From a virus (Duplodnaviria; Caudoviricetes), in IMG/VR virus record IMGVR_UViG_3300025168_000088, positions 1 through 61,600 of that record: a stretch of DNA of 61,600 nucleotides; one strand, 5' to 3'. Numbering within the stretch: position 1 is the stretch's first letter; every line of letters begins with the position of its first letter. Shown piece after piece: positions 29,518 to 40,215 of this stretch. The translations under genes were made by a program, and so were the position numbers. Below the pieces are notes generated by a model that searched no databases, was not told where the DNA came from, and saw nothing but the letters and a program-made list of their open reading frames with translations.

Positions 29518-29628
29518 ATGGAAAACGAATGGGAATGCGGTTGCATTCAAACAGGAACAAATTGGATTCTGTGCAAAGACTGTAAGGCGGCGCGTGAGCA
29601 CCCCCTCGCATGTGCTTGTTGCCAGTAA
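29518..29628 (+). CDS. 36 aa Cys-rich microprotein
   Basis: AGGAGGT RBS; MENEWECGCIQTGTNWILCKDCKAAREHPLACACCQ (7 Cys). Confidence 0.65.
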   Translation: MENEWECGCIQTGTNWILCKDCKAAREHPLACACCQ

Positions 29629-29829
29629 GCATAATCCAAATGCCAAGCCAAAAATACCAAATGGATGACGGGCATTTTAACCCGACGGTTGAGGAACCAC
29701 CCACGATAGATGCGCAGGCGTGCGCTATACAAATACGCTTCATTTTTTTAATCAGCGAGAGGACAGTGCATACCGGCGGGGTAGGTGCTATCAATTACAT
29801 AGGGGCATAATTGCGCACGACTGGAGATG

Positions 29830-30251
29830 CTCTCTCTCCCCCCCATAGTCTTAAGACTTAAGACTAAACCACATGTGCTAAGGAGAGCGATTTTTGGCGG
29901 CGAAAAATCCAAACACTCACGCCCGCACACACACATGCGTCATACACTACTAAAATCGAGGCTCTCTATGCACATACAGTCTTAAGACTGAATCCCCCAC
30001 TGCATGCGTATTAGGAGAGCGGATTTTCACCTAAAAAAATCCAAATCAAAATGCTCATAAGGCACACACACATACACACACACGAACAGGTGAGGTTTTA
30101 GGGCATACGAAAAAGCCCCCATACAGGCGAAAAAGCGAACATATGTGCGGAAACAGGCGTAAAGCACTCCGATTACGCCAAAAAACGGGGCAATCGTATG
30201 TGCATGGGTAGGCTCACGCATCATATGCGAGTGTTTCGATTACGCCAAAAA
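29830..30251. repeat. Non-coding repeat/palindrome cluster
   Basis: GTCTTAAGAC palindromes (29848, 29979), GGAGAGC(G)GATTTT...AAAATCCAAA twice, CGATTACGCCAAAAA twice (30170, 30237), CA-rich tracts. Confidence 0.75.
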
Positions 30252-32005
30252 CCAAACACCTTATAATGCGTATGTGCGAGAACGCTCTACTTTCGCACCC
30301 GTTCCGCATACACATCCATACATGACGCATATACACACACTTACGCATAGGGCCAGCAAACAGGGGAGCAGTGACCTCTTTAAGTAGCAGGTGTAGGGGG
30401 AGAATGCTAATATAGCGGGAACCTCACATTTCACTTTGATGACAACCCAAACGGATGAAATCGAAGCGAGAGGCTCACTGAGTCTCGATAACATAAAGGA
30501 CGGCACCTATTGGTTGGCCGACGGCATTTTACGCCGGTCTGGGGCGACGAAGGGATTTTGGGTAGCCTCGCATAGAGGGACTGATGCCCTGCTTGACCGA
30601 GACCTCACGCTGTTCAACCCAAGCATCACCGGAGCCACTGTGAAAGCCATGCTTGAAGCCCCTCGAATCCTTAACCAAACTCGCACATTTTATGTGGGTG
30701 TTTGGACTGATAACTCCGGCAACCAACATCTCGACTACTCATATCATGTGGATAAGTATAACGAGGCAATGGCAATAGCAAAACACAGAAACCAACTCGC
30801 AATATGGGATATTTTCATGGGTCGTGAAGTGGCGGTGGTCGCATGAGTCCAACAGAATACATAAACAGGTTGATTGAGAAGGATAAAACCGGCACTCTCG
30901 CAAATGACATACGCATACTGAAAAGCATAGGCTGGACTGATGAGAAGTTGGCTAATGCTCAGTATGAGGTTCAAGATTTACTGGGGTTGTTCGCATGAGT
31001 GCCGTTGAAATCATGGGCTACGAAGCCGCCATCAAAAGCCCTGCCGTTTGCATGGTTACATACTGGCGCTACTTCGGTGTGGATGAGATATGTGAATGCA
31101 ATACCTGCATGGATGAACATGGGGTGAACGAATGAATCCGAGCGATAACCCCCTGTCTAAAGGTTGGTTTTCCGGCGAGATTTTCAAGCCGTCATTTGGA
31201 TTCACTCGAATAAAATTACAGTATGTAACAAGGGAAACCGCACGAGACAAGAAAGGCAACACCTACACATGGCACTCATACAAGGCATACTGGCGAAAGG
31301 ATGAGGTGAGCGAATGATTACAGCGTGGCTAATACGCATGACGATTCGATACAACAGGTGGCGATTTCAATGAGCAACGACCCAAACCACTGCCCTCAAC
31401 GCTATGAGGACATACAGGTGTGCAAAGACACATCATGTGTATGCCTACCTGCCCTGCTCGCAACGCCTCGCAAATGTGAGGATTGCGGAGTAGATGTGAA
31501 TTACTCATGGATGGGCGCATACTGCAAAGGGTGCCTACAAACAGGTTCGGGGTTGTTTGAATGAACGCATTCACTGCCGATAGAGACCGAACACTATATA
31601 TGGGGGAGGCCACCCATAGGAAAACAACGGCCAACAAACCGAAACAAGGAGAACTGAAAATGAAAACAGCAATAGATGAATTGATAGAAACGATAGACGA
31701 AAAGTTCGATGAGGTGTCACACATGCTCATCACGGATTACCCGAAGGGGGATTACATGGATGGCTACATAGCCGCCCTCGGATGGATATTGGGGTTGATT
31801 GAATGAGCGTAGCAGTAGATAGTTCAGTGTTTGCAGACTGCCCAAAGTGCGGTGCTGAAAATGATGCAGTAGACCTATGGGATGCAAACATCGAATCATT
31901 CGATGGCGACCAAGTTACAATGCGAGCCGAGCAAACATGCGAAACATGCGGCGATTCATACAGCGTCATATGGTATGCAACCATTCACTCGACGGAGGTG
32001 GAGGA

Positions 32006-33289
32006 ATGAGTAAGCACGAGATAGTCGTCACGGTTGCATCACAGCCACGCATTGAGAAGTTGCTGGCTCGCCTTGAGAGGGCACATGAGATGCGAGGACT
32101 GGATTTCTCGTATGACTTCACGGGCCAGTGGACTCGAAAGCGTCGAGTAGGCCCAAAGGCGTTCATACATGAGACTGTGCAAACACTTGAGGTGAACATG
32201 GAGGAACTCTCGGATGACTGGCAACTGCTATTCAAGACCGAGCCGGTGGATATTAACGCCGAGACTCTTGACGGCTCACCTGCAATACGCAAATGGAATC
32301 CGATGATAAGCAGTGAAGACCATGCGATTGAATCTACTCATGGCGACTTCGAGGACAGATGCGACCACTGCACATCAGGTCGGCGTGGTCGTCACAGAAC
32401 ATACACGCTCCAGCGTCGAGATGACCCTTCGATTACAAAAACGGTAGGCTCATCATGCCTGTATGAATACACGGCCATAGACCCTGCGGATGTCGAAGCA
32501 TTACTTCGGCTCAAAGGATATGCTGAGACTGGATATGCTGGGCCTCGCAATAGGCGTAAGCACCCAAGCATGGACTTGGGGGATTTTGCATTGCTCGCTG
32601 GAGTATGGGCATACAACGGATTACATTATCAAAAAGGACTCGGTAGTATGTTCTTCAACCAAGTGATATTTGCCAAGTATAGAGGCAGAGGTAAGCATGA
32701 CTTAGGCCATTACAGAAGCGTAGACCAAAAGTTCGTTGCCGTGATTAAGGGCGTAGAAGGATTGAATGGTGAAGGTGGATTGCTTGACGGTGATGTCGAG
32801 TTCGATTTGGCCGTAGCGACTCATGCCAACAACTACATGCTCTACATGCGTGAACTCGCAGGGCTGAACTCGTTTGAGCAAAATGTGCGCAACATAGCCA
32901 AAGCAGGTGTAGTCACCAGCAAAACAGCGAACCTCGCAGGGGGCGCAGTGTCCGGCTACCTGCGTGAGAACAAAAAGCGTGCCCAAGAACACCTGCGTAA
33001 AGCACAGGAGCGTAAGCAGTCGAACTCAAAGTGGGTAGGCGAAGTGGGTAAGCGACAATCATTTGGTGAATGCACAGTAGCGTTCACCCGTAGGCTTGAG
33101 AATCAGTGGGGTTCAACCACACTCACACGCTTCACGGATAGCGAGGATAACATACTGGTGTGGTTCCGTAGCGGCGACCATGACGATTTACAGGTGGGGA
33201 TGAAGGTGAACCTCGTCGCCACCGTCAAAAAGCATGACTCCTACAAGGAGGCACAGCAAACAACGATTACAAGGGGGAGGATAGAGTGA
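32006..33289 (+). CDS. Zn-finger plus C-terminal OB-fold protein (widespread phage family)
   Basis: Start MSKHEIVV (GGAGG RBS); CDHC...VGSSCL; C-terminal WVGEVGKR...WGSTTL..FTD..NILVW...ATVKKH..YK..QTTITR. Confidence 0.75.
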   Translation: MSKHEIVVTVASQPRIEKLLARLERAHEMRGLDFSYDFTGQWTRKRRVGPKAFIHETVQTLEVNMEELSDDWQLLFKTEPVDINAETLDGSPAIRKWNPMISSEDHAIESTHGDFEDRCDHCTSGRRGRHRTYTLQRRDDPSITKTVGSSCLYEYTAIDPADVEALLRLKGYAETGYAGPRNRRKHPSMDLGDFALLAGVWAYNGLHYQKGLGSMFFNQVIFAKYRGRGKHDLGHYRSVDQKFVAVIKGVEGLNGEGGLLDGDVEFDLAVATHANNYMLYMRELAGLNSFEQNVRNIAKAGVVTSKTANLAGGAVSGYLRENKKRAQEHLRKAQERKQSNSKWVGEVGKRQSFGECTVAFTRRLENQWGSTTLTRFTDSEDNILVWFRSGDHDDLQVGMKVNLVATVKKHDSYKEAQQTTITRGRIE

Positions 33290-36061
33290 TATACCGGCGA
33301 CCCCTAATTGAAACGAAAATGGAGGAATTGATTTGAGATACCCAAACATACCGAAAGACAAGCGAAACGATGTGATTACTATTCACACCGTCGAAACCAC
33401 CGAAAAGGTAACAAGTTACTACACAGTAGTAGGATTGAACAAAAAGCAAAGCATCGAGGCCGTTGAAAATGATGGCTACTATGACGCCGATGGCAAGTGG
33501 GTGAATGTGTATTACGATGACGACCACAAAGATTACGGCTCAATGACAAAGCCCAAAATTAGCGATACAAAGCACTACATACCATGCGTCAATCACGGCC
33601 AAACCATGTATAGACCCACCCCACATTTTCGCCATCCTACGCAACATAAGTGCACTCAAATTATGGAGATACCCAAGCATGTGCTTGAGGGCCACCGCTA
33701 TGTTGTAACCGATAAGGCCGCATGGATTCGACAAAATCCTGTGTGCGTTGAATGCCGTAGAAAAATCAAACAGGGCTACTCATTGGAGAAGCCGGAGGTG
33801 ATTGCATGAGTGATGTTCAGCGATTCAGCCAAGACAAGAAGGTGCATGTTCGCATGGAGTCATCATTTGGTGCAACCGAACCGGAGTTCAAGACCATGCG
33901 ATTCACTGCGTGGGCATCGAAAGAACGACAACGAGGTGGATTTGAAATCTACGATACAGACGGTAGCGAACAATACTACGCCGAAGGCGGGCTGTGGTTC
34001 ACAGACCCATCAACACGAACAGACGGTGGGCATTACCTGTGTGACTACGACGGCATCTATTCCCTGCCCATTGAGATTCAATTATGGCTCGATGAAATCG
34101 GTATGATTAGTCAAAACGAAAATGACTATCACCGAAGGGATATAGTAGCGCACTTCAACAGAGTGGAGGTGAAGGAATGAGGGATATGAGTGTAGATGTA
34201 ACACCATCACGCAAACAATATGTGCGAATGCTCTACTTTCTTGTCACACACTCTACGAATGATGATGACAAGGCATGGGCCGAAGAACAACTGGATAAAC
34301 TCGAAGTCTCACAGTTCTTGGTCGGTCGCTTGGAGGCGGTATTATGAGTGTGCTCACGACACAGGAGATACAGAACGCCATAGATGAGGCATGGGTGATA
34401 GGGGAATTACTACACCGTGAGATGCACTTGTCGGGGCGAGTCAATGAATATACCAAAGACGAACTCGATTGGATGCACGAAGCCGAGGGTGCGTGCCTGT
34501 GTCACATTAGACAGATGAGTTCCTTACTCGGAGACTTCAATCCATTCGGAGGGCGAAAAGCATGAACAATCCTACGGATTGGTATGATACCATCGACCAA
34601 AACGAATATATAGGGCCGGCCCCCCTAATTGAAAACAAGGGTCAAGACCCAAACGGAAGTGAAAATATGAACACGACGAACATTAGCGAAAGCACAGCGA
34701 AGGAGGCATTCTACAATGCCACCGGATTTACCCCCGAACTACCCCAAGTTATCAACTGGGCGATACAATGCCTTACGGACTTTGAGATTGAGCCTACTGC
34801 CGAGTTCGCAGACTTTGAGCGAGTTCTCGCAGACTATGCCGATACAGAAGCGAGTCGCAACACCTACTACCTCAACGCATTGATTGCCGCCGACGGTGGC
34901 ATTTGGGCTACTAATTGGCTTGACGGCTGGGGCTTCGGCAACAGCAACCCAAGCGGCGAATTACAGATGGATGAGGTGCTCACAGCCTATGCTTACGAAG
35001 TGACAGTAGCGTTGATTATGGAGTATGTTCTCATGGTCGGAGACATGGAGGTGAAGGCATGAGTAATGTAGAACGAACCAAACAAAAAGTTGTCCGAGGT
35101 GGAGGCACTGTTGAGCAATATCACTTTATGAAAATAATGCACGACGCCCGCCGAATGGTCAAGACATACATGGGTAGCGACGGCAACGAATACCCGAACA
35201 CCAAGTTCCGAAAGTGGGACAATGATGGTAAAATACTGGCCGTGAATTACCAACCTAAAGAATGGTATGGTATAGACTACTTGACTACACTAATAACACA
35301 GCCCCGAACCGATTACTCAATTGTAAGAACCATACAAGCACTAAGACACCCATCTGTTGAGGATTTGCTACGGCTTACACACGGCAATCAACCCGTTACA
35401 GTGGCAGTAACAGTGTATGACATCCATAGCGACAAGCATGTTAAGTTGTATCAACACCCCGATGGCCCAAATTACGACGCATCCGGCAACGAAACGAATT
35501 ACCCTGTGTATCAACAGTGGTTGAACTCATGGAAAAACCGAATAATCTTGATGCCCAACAGGGCGAAGGAGTTTCGTAACTGGATGGCTCGCAACAAGTC
35601 GCTCATGGACACCATCGAGGCCAAGTATGTGCTTAAGCAAAGCCATAGTAACTACATACGACTAAAGGCAGACCTCAATTATGCCAAGATGGACACCTCT
35701 CGTAGAGCAAAAGAATTAAATGAGTTCGGTCATAAGTATGCTACGCACTGCGAAGAGTGGGAGGCAGAGGAGGCGTGGTTCAAAGCCGCACCGAAACACT
35801 TGAACACGATTACTCGAAATAACCTCAAATCCACCTATACACACACACTCATGCGAGATGCACCAAAAGATACAATGGTAATGCTGGAGCGCAATTTGGA
35901 AAGGGCTAATAAGAAGGTCAAAGATTTACAAGGTCAAATAGACACACTGGCACATACATTCGGAGGTGAGGAGGAATGATTGACACAGACGAATACGAAG
36001 AATTAGATTGCGGTTGTTGCCCGAAAATAGGATGCGGTATTGATTGCGGAGTTGAGGAGTA

Positions 36062-36673
36062 ATGAATATCTTTGCACTATCAACCGACCCTGAGATGGCG
36101 GCGCAAATGGTGTGTGACAAACACGCCAGTAAAATGTGCGTCGAGACTGCACAGATGATGGCTTCGGCCATGCTTCGCAACGGATTCGAGCCGGAGGATA
36201 TGCCACTCACACAGAAGGGCACGCCTTACAAGGGTGGCTACAAACACCACCCCTGCACAGTATGGGCCGGCGATAACTGGGCTAATTTTCTATGGCTCGC
36301 TCAACATGGACTGGCACTATGTAAGGAGTTCAAGATGCGATACGGCGACGGGCGAGTAGAACATGCTTGTCGTTTGCCTATACAGATTATGCTCAACAGG
36401 GCCATAAACCGCCGAGACACAGGCATATACAATCACCTGCGAGGCAGGGATGATGAGACATGGGCGAAGAAAACTCCCTTCGCTATGGCTATGCCCGACG
36501 AGTTCAAGCGTGATGATGGCAAAGAGGTGCTCGCATACCGAGAATACTACAAGTCAAAGGTGTTCAAGGATGGCTCCCGCCCTACATGGGCAAAGGGTCG
36601 TGGACGCCCTAATTGGTGGCGTCGCTACCAAGCACCGCTGGGTTGGAACGGGAGGGAATGGTTTGGTGAATAA
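36062..36673 (+). CDS. Pyrimidine-dimer DNA glycosylase / endonuclease V-like protein
   Basis: MNIFALSTDP..AA...CDKH..KM..E.AQM, YK..HHPCTVW, AMPDEFK, AYREYY, W.KGR..P.WW family signature. Confidence 0.8.
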   Translation: MNIFALSTDPEMAAQMVCDKHASKMCVETAQMMASAMLRNGFEPEDMPLTQKGTPYKGGYKHHPCTVWAGDNWANFLWLAQHGLALCKEFKMRYGDGRVEHACRLPIQIMLNRAINRRDTGIYNHLRGRDDETWAKKTPFAMAMPDEFKRDDGKEVLAYREYYKSKVFKDGSRPTWAKGRGRPNWWRRYQAPLGWNGREWFGE

Positions 36674-38730
36674 TCGCCCACACGACCAAATACGCACCAT
36701 GATTGATGATGCCGATGCGCTCAAAGAAGTATGGTTTGACAAGATGGCAAACGCTACCTCACGGAGCGAGCGAGCAGAGGCTATACGGAATTACAACGCC
36801 CTGCGTGGTGTCGTCAAGGCACTGCGTTGGGCATACTTCGGTGGAGATTCACCGCTGAATTGATATAGGGGGAGCCTCAATTGACAAACATGGACAAATA
36901 CAAAATACACTTCATCGACGGCTACATCGAAGTCGAAGAACGCAAATCGCCCAACGGAACACCCGAAGCCAAGTGCACCCTGCATCTATGGGATGCACCA
37001 TATGTAACCAAAATGCCAAGACTCTTTCGAGAGGTAGTGGCATGGGCAAACGAAAACAATTACACCCACACCAAGTTGCTTATGCAGGGTGTTGATAATG
37101 AGGTGCCTACACCTTATGTCATAGCATGGCAACAAATCCAAATGGAGGAACACGAATGAAAAAATATAGTGAATACCTAAACGAGCAATATACCCCGCTT
37201 ACACGGGATGAAGTAATGAAATTACAGAGGACAGCGAACAACTACTTGGGTCAAATTGACCCGAACAGTGAGGCCCAAGACGAGTTGCGACAGATGACTG
37301 TTAATCTCAATGTGGCCTTAAGTGAGGTCGCATTCCTACGGGAGCAAATGGCAGTTGCCTACCAATACATAGGGCGACGAGCACCAAACCCAGCACCGAC
37401 TAAGTATCGTGAGGTCATGCACCATGCGACACGGATTCGGGCTGAGGAACGGGGGGTGAAGCAGTGATTATGCACAGCGACTACCTGCTCATCACAGATG
37501 ACATGAAGGTGGGCGACATGCTATGGACTGCGCCGGACAAAGAGCCGCAGGCAGTAATCAAGTATGCCGCTAAAATGAAGAAGTTTTCCGAGAGCAACTT
37601 GGAATTGATTAAGGCCCAATTTGAACGGACTAAGATTCAGTATGAGCGGCAACTCAAGAACGCTACCTACTGGGGCATGGCCGTGTCATTGGCTAAAGAA
37701 GACTTGAAGGGGGGCTTACAATGAACGCTCTCGCTACAACGACAGACATAGCCCTCGATGCGATAAAGATTATCCGCATGCTTGGGCACGACGAACTCGC
37801 AAACATATTAACAAAGAGGCTATTGATAGCACAGAAAAATATATATGGGGGCAACCCCGCAATAACAAATGGAGGCAACTGAAATGAATAGAGAACTTTT
37901 AGAAGCGGCGACGGACTTACTACGGTGGGTCTTGATTAAGAACGACGGAATGATACCATTAGACTTATTGGATGCACAGCATACAATCAAGGAGGAACAG
38001 CGTGCTCAAGATATAGAGGACTACCAACATACTATGAGGGAGCAATTTCACTCGAACATAATGTATGTGTTATACGGAGATGAACCACATGAGTAATGCT
38101 GAATATGCCGAATACCACGAGACAACGGTGCACGCAATCCTTGACGAATACATGACGAAGGAAAGCGCAATAGCGGCACTCATGGACTACTTTCGCAAAG
38201 CCGATAAACATGTCGTGATAGACGAGTTGGCCGAGTGGGTGTATGCCGACGAAGGATGTAGCATAGTAGATATTCGGGGGTGGGTTAAGTATGAGTGAAG
38301 GTCGAAGAGTATGCAACAATCCATACTGTGAATCCACACCTAATTGGTTTGGCAACTTCGCACTATGCTCCAAGTGCTTACATGAAGCGGTGGATGTGTT
38401 TGTTATGAACAAGTTGCTCGAAAAGACTCTTGGTAATATCAAGGAGATGAGCGAATGATTGGTGGCTACATAGACCGTTGGGGAGTGCGCCATACCTTCG
38501 AGATAGGACAATGCACCACATGCGGCAAAGGCGGCAAAGTGATGGGGACTACTGAGACCCCATCTAAAAGAGCCGCAACCTTTATGTTAAGCAAACCTGT
38601 GCGTTGGTTGTATGACAAGACGGACATTGAGGGTAACACCCATGACCGACTTTGCGGCCCTTGTATCGAGCGCATCGAGTTACTCGAAGTGAAGCGAGCA
38701 GGTGAAAAAGAGGTGCCTAATCAATAAGGC

Positions 38731-38742
38731 TATATAGTGGCG
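38731..38742 (+). promoter_or_regulatory. Viral promoter motif TATATAGTGGCG
   Basis: Same motif at 45516, 46455 and 52764; variants at 40189, 50511 and 54285. Confidence 0.75.
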
Positions 38743-38759
38743 TGGGTAGATAGCATACT

Positions 38760-38875
38760 ACAACATGGGGTGGGCTTCGGCCCTCATCAATTCATCTTAG
38801 GATGAGTTGCCTCCGTTTAGTTGCTTGGTTTCTCCTGTTTGGTCGAACCCGCCCCGCCATTGAGCAACAACGGAG
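38760..38875 (+). ncRNA. Structured ~100 nt leader or small RNA
   Basis: Closing stem 38767-38782 / 38841-38855 with bulged C; inner hairpin 38788-38809; begins ~29 nt after the promoter motif. Confidence 0.6.
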
Positions 38876-39172
38876 ATGAATAATATGAGTAACACATACA
38901 TTTTAGCGGATAGCGTAGCACGATTACTGGTAGCAAACCCCGAAGGTTTGTCATCATATGAGATATTTAATCACTTGGCGGATAGCGACTTGAATAGTCG
39001 TTGGTTGCCGACACGCAATTCCATCGGCCCTAAATTACGGGCAATCGGTGGGCTTGAGAAGAGTGGTAAAAGCACAGCCTATACTACCGTAAGCACACGA
39101 AGCGTAGTAGTTTGGCGTTTGAACATAGAGGATTATATCAAATGGAGGGGTGAGGATGTTATCGGTAATTGA
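38876..39172 (+). CDS. Winged-helix DNA-binding protein
   Basis: EGLSSYEIFNHL...PTRNSIGPKL...VVVWRL; similar to 42378, 42647 and 45105. Confidence 0.6.
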   Translation: MNNMSNTYILADSVARLLVANPEGLSSYEIFNHLADSDLNSRWLPTRNSIGPKLRAIGGLEKSGKSTAYTTVSTRSVVVWRLNIEDYIKWRGEDVIGN

Positions 39173-39926
39173 TTTGAAAACAATTCACTACGAGCGCACA
39201 TACCCTTACACTCGTAGCCGACAAGGGCGACTGGTTCAAGAGCCATACTTTACAGTATGCGACGGTGGCGACACTTATCACTTGAGAGGTAAGACAGTAA
39301 TGTGGTCTTTCCTTGACTCGCTATACCCCAAAGACCCTCTACCAAGAGGGCCGGTCGAGGATGATTTATTCGCACCGAACATAGATACTCCTTCAATGCT
39401 ACACTTGTTTAACGACTTCGCCAAAGAAGCGGCGAGCACCAACAGGTATCTTGTCATAGAACATGATAAACACGAGGTTTCTTTTGTTCGTAATCTCGAT
39501 GCTTTCTCCCTCTCTACGGACATAGAGAAGGTCGGAGGAATGCTACAAAGTGCTGGCTTCTCAGTAGAGTATAGGCCGAGCGTCTATATTGACTCACGAG
39601 GCAGTCACTTACGAGCCTCTTTGTTTTGTCGCATAGGCAAACATACACTGCGTGTCACGGACATAGGTAGTAAATACTACCTTAGTATCAGTATTCTCGA
39701 CCCGACGGGTAAAAAATACTGCATCATGCCGCCGAACACGATAGGTAAGAGCCATGACAAAAATGTTATTGGCGTATTGCGTAACATACTCGATGTTGCT
39801 TCTGTTGGTATTACTACCCAAGTAGCAATTCAACTAAGCACAGTGCCGGCAGTAAATGAGTCACCTTACATGATGACTCGTGAATTAGATACATTACTGC
39901 ATGATAGATTGCGGAGGTGCATATAA
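39150..39926 (+). CDS. Hypothetical protein
   Basis: 258 aa ORF overlapping the previous gene; no recognised motif. Confidence 0.7.
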   Translation: MRMLSVIDLKTIHYERTYPYTRSRQGRLVQEPYFTVCDGGDTYHLRGKTVMWSFLDSLYPKDPLPRGPVEDDLFAPNIDTPSMLHLFNDFAKEAASTNRYLVIEHDKHEVSFVRNLDAFSLSTDIEKVGGMLQSAGFSVEYRPSVYIDSRGSHLRASLFCRIGKHTLRVTDIGSKYYLSISILDPTGKKYCIMPPNTIGKSHDKNVIGVLRNILDVASVGITTQVAIQLSTVPAVNESPYMMTRELDTLLHDRLRRCI

Positions 39927-39934
39927 GTATTGCG

Positions 39935-40179
39935 GAATTAAGTTGGTATAATTTTTTTTTGACAACGAAAAAAAACCAACTCACTGCGCCTCTATTGCTC
40001 TAATTAAGTTATTTCGTTAAAGACATTTATCTTAATACAGGATATACTATACTATTACTATACTATACTATAACCTTTTTATTGAATACCTCTTATACGA
40101 ATTAACTTATTACATGCGAATCGAGGAGCAGTGTCACGGTTTAATTTCGTTTGCTGGATTGAAGTTACCAACTTAATTC
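39935..40179. other. Putative replication origin (long imperfect inverted repeat around an AT-rich core)
   Basis: GAATTAAGTTGGTA (39935) / TACCAACTTAATTC (40166); inner arms AACGAAA..AAACC..CACTGC.CCTC; central TACTA repeats 40044-40072; upstream of the helicase operon. Confidence 0.65.
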
Positions 40180-40215
40180 GGGAACACTTAAGTAGTGACG
40201 AAGGATTGATGAAGA

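Larger units (their letters stand above)
30436..38727 (+). other. Early/accessory region of ~25 small, translationally coupled hypothetical genes, several with CxxC pairs
   Basis: Chains of ATGA overlaps and GGAGG/GGTGA RBSs (e.g. 30843..30998, 30995..31135, 31803..32009, 33333..33809, 33806..34180, 35059..35979, 38291..38458, 38455..38727). Confidence 0.8.

Noticed and set aside
29830-30360. Mini-CRISPR array or tRNA in the repeat cluster
   Set aside because: Repeats occur only twice each with irregular spacing; no cloverleaf or T-loop consensus seen.
31877-32005. N-terminal extensions of ORFs 31877, 40976 and 17945..18436
   Set aside because: They overlap upstream genes; RBS-supported or operon-consistent starts lie at 32006, 41060 and 18379.
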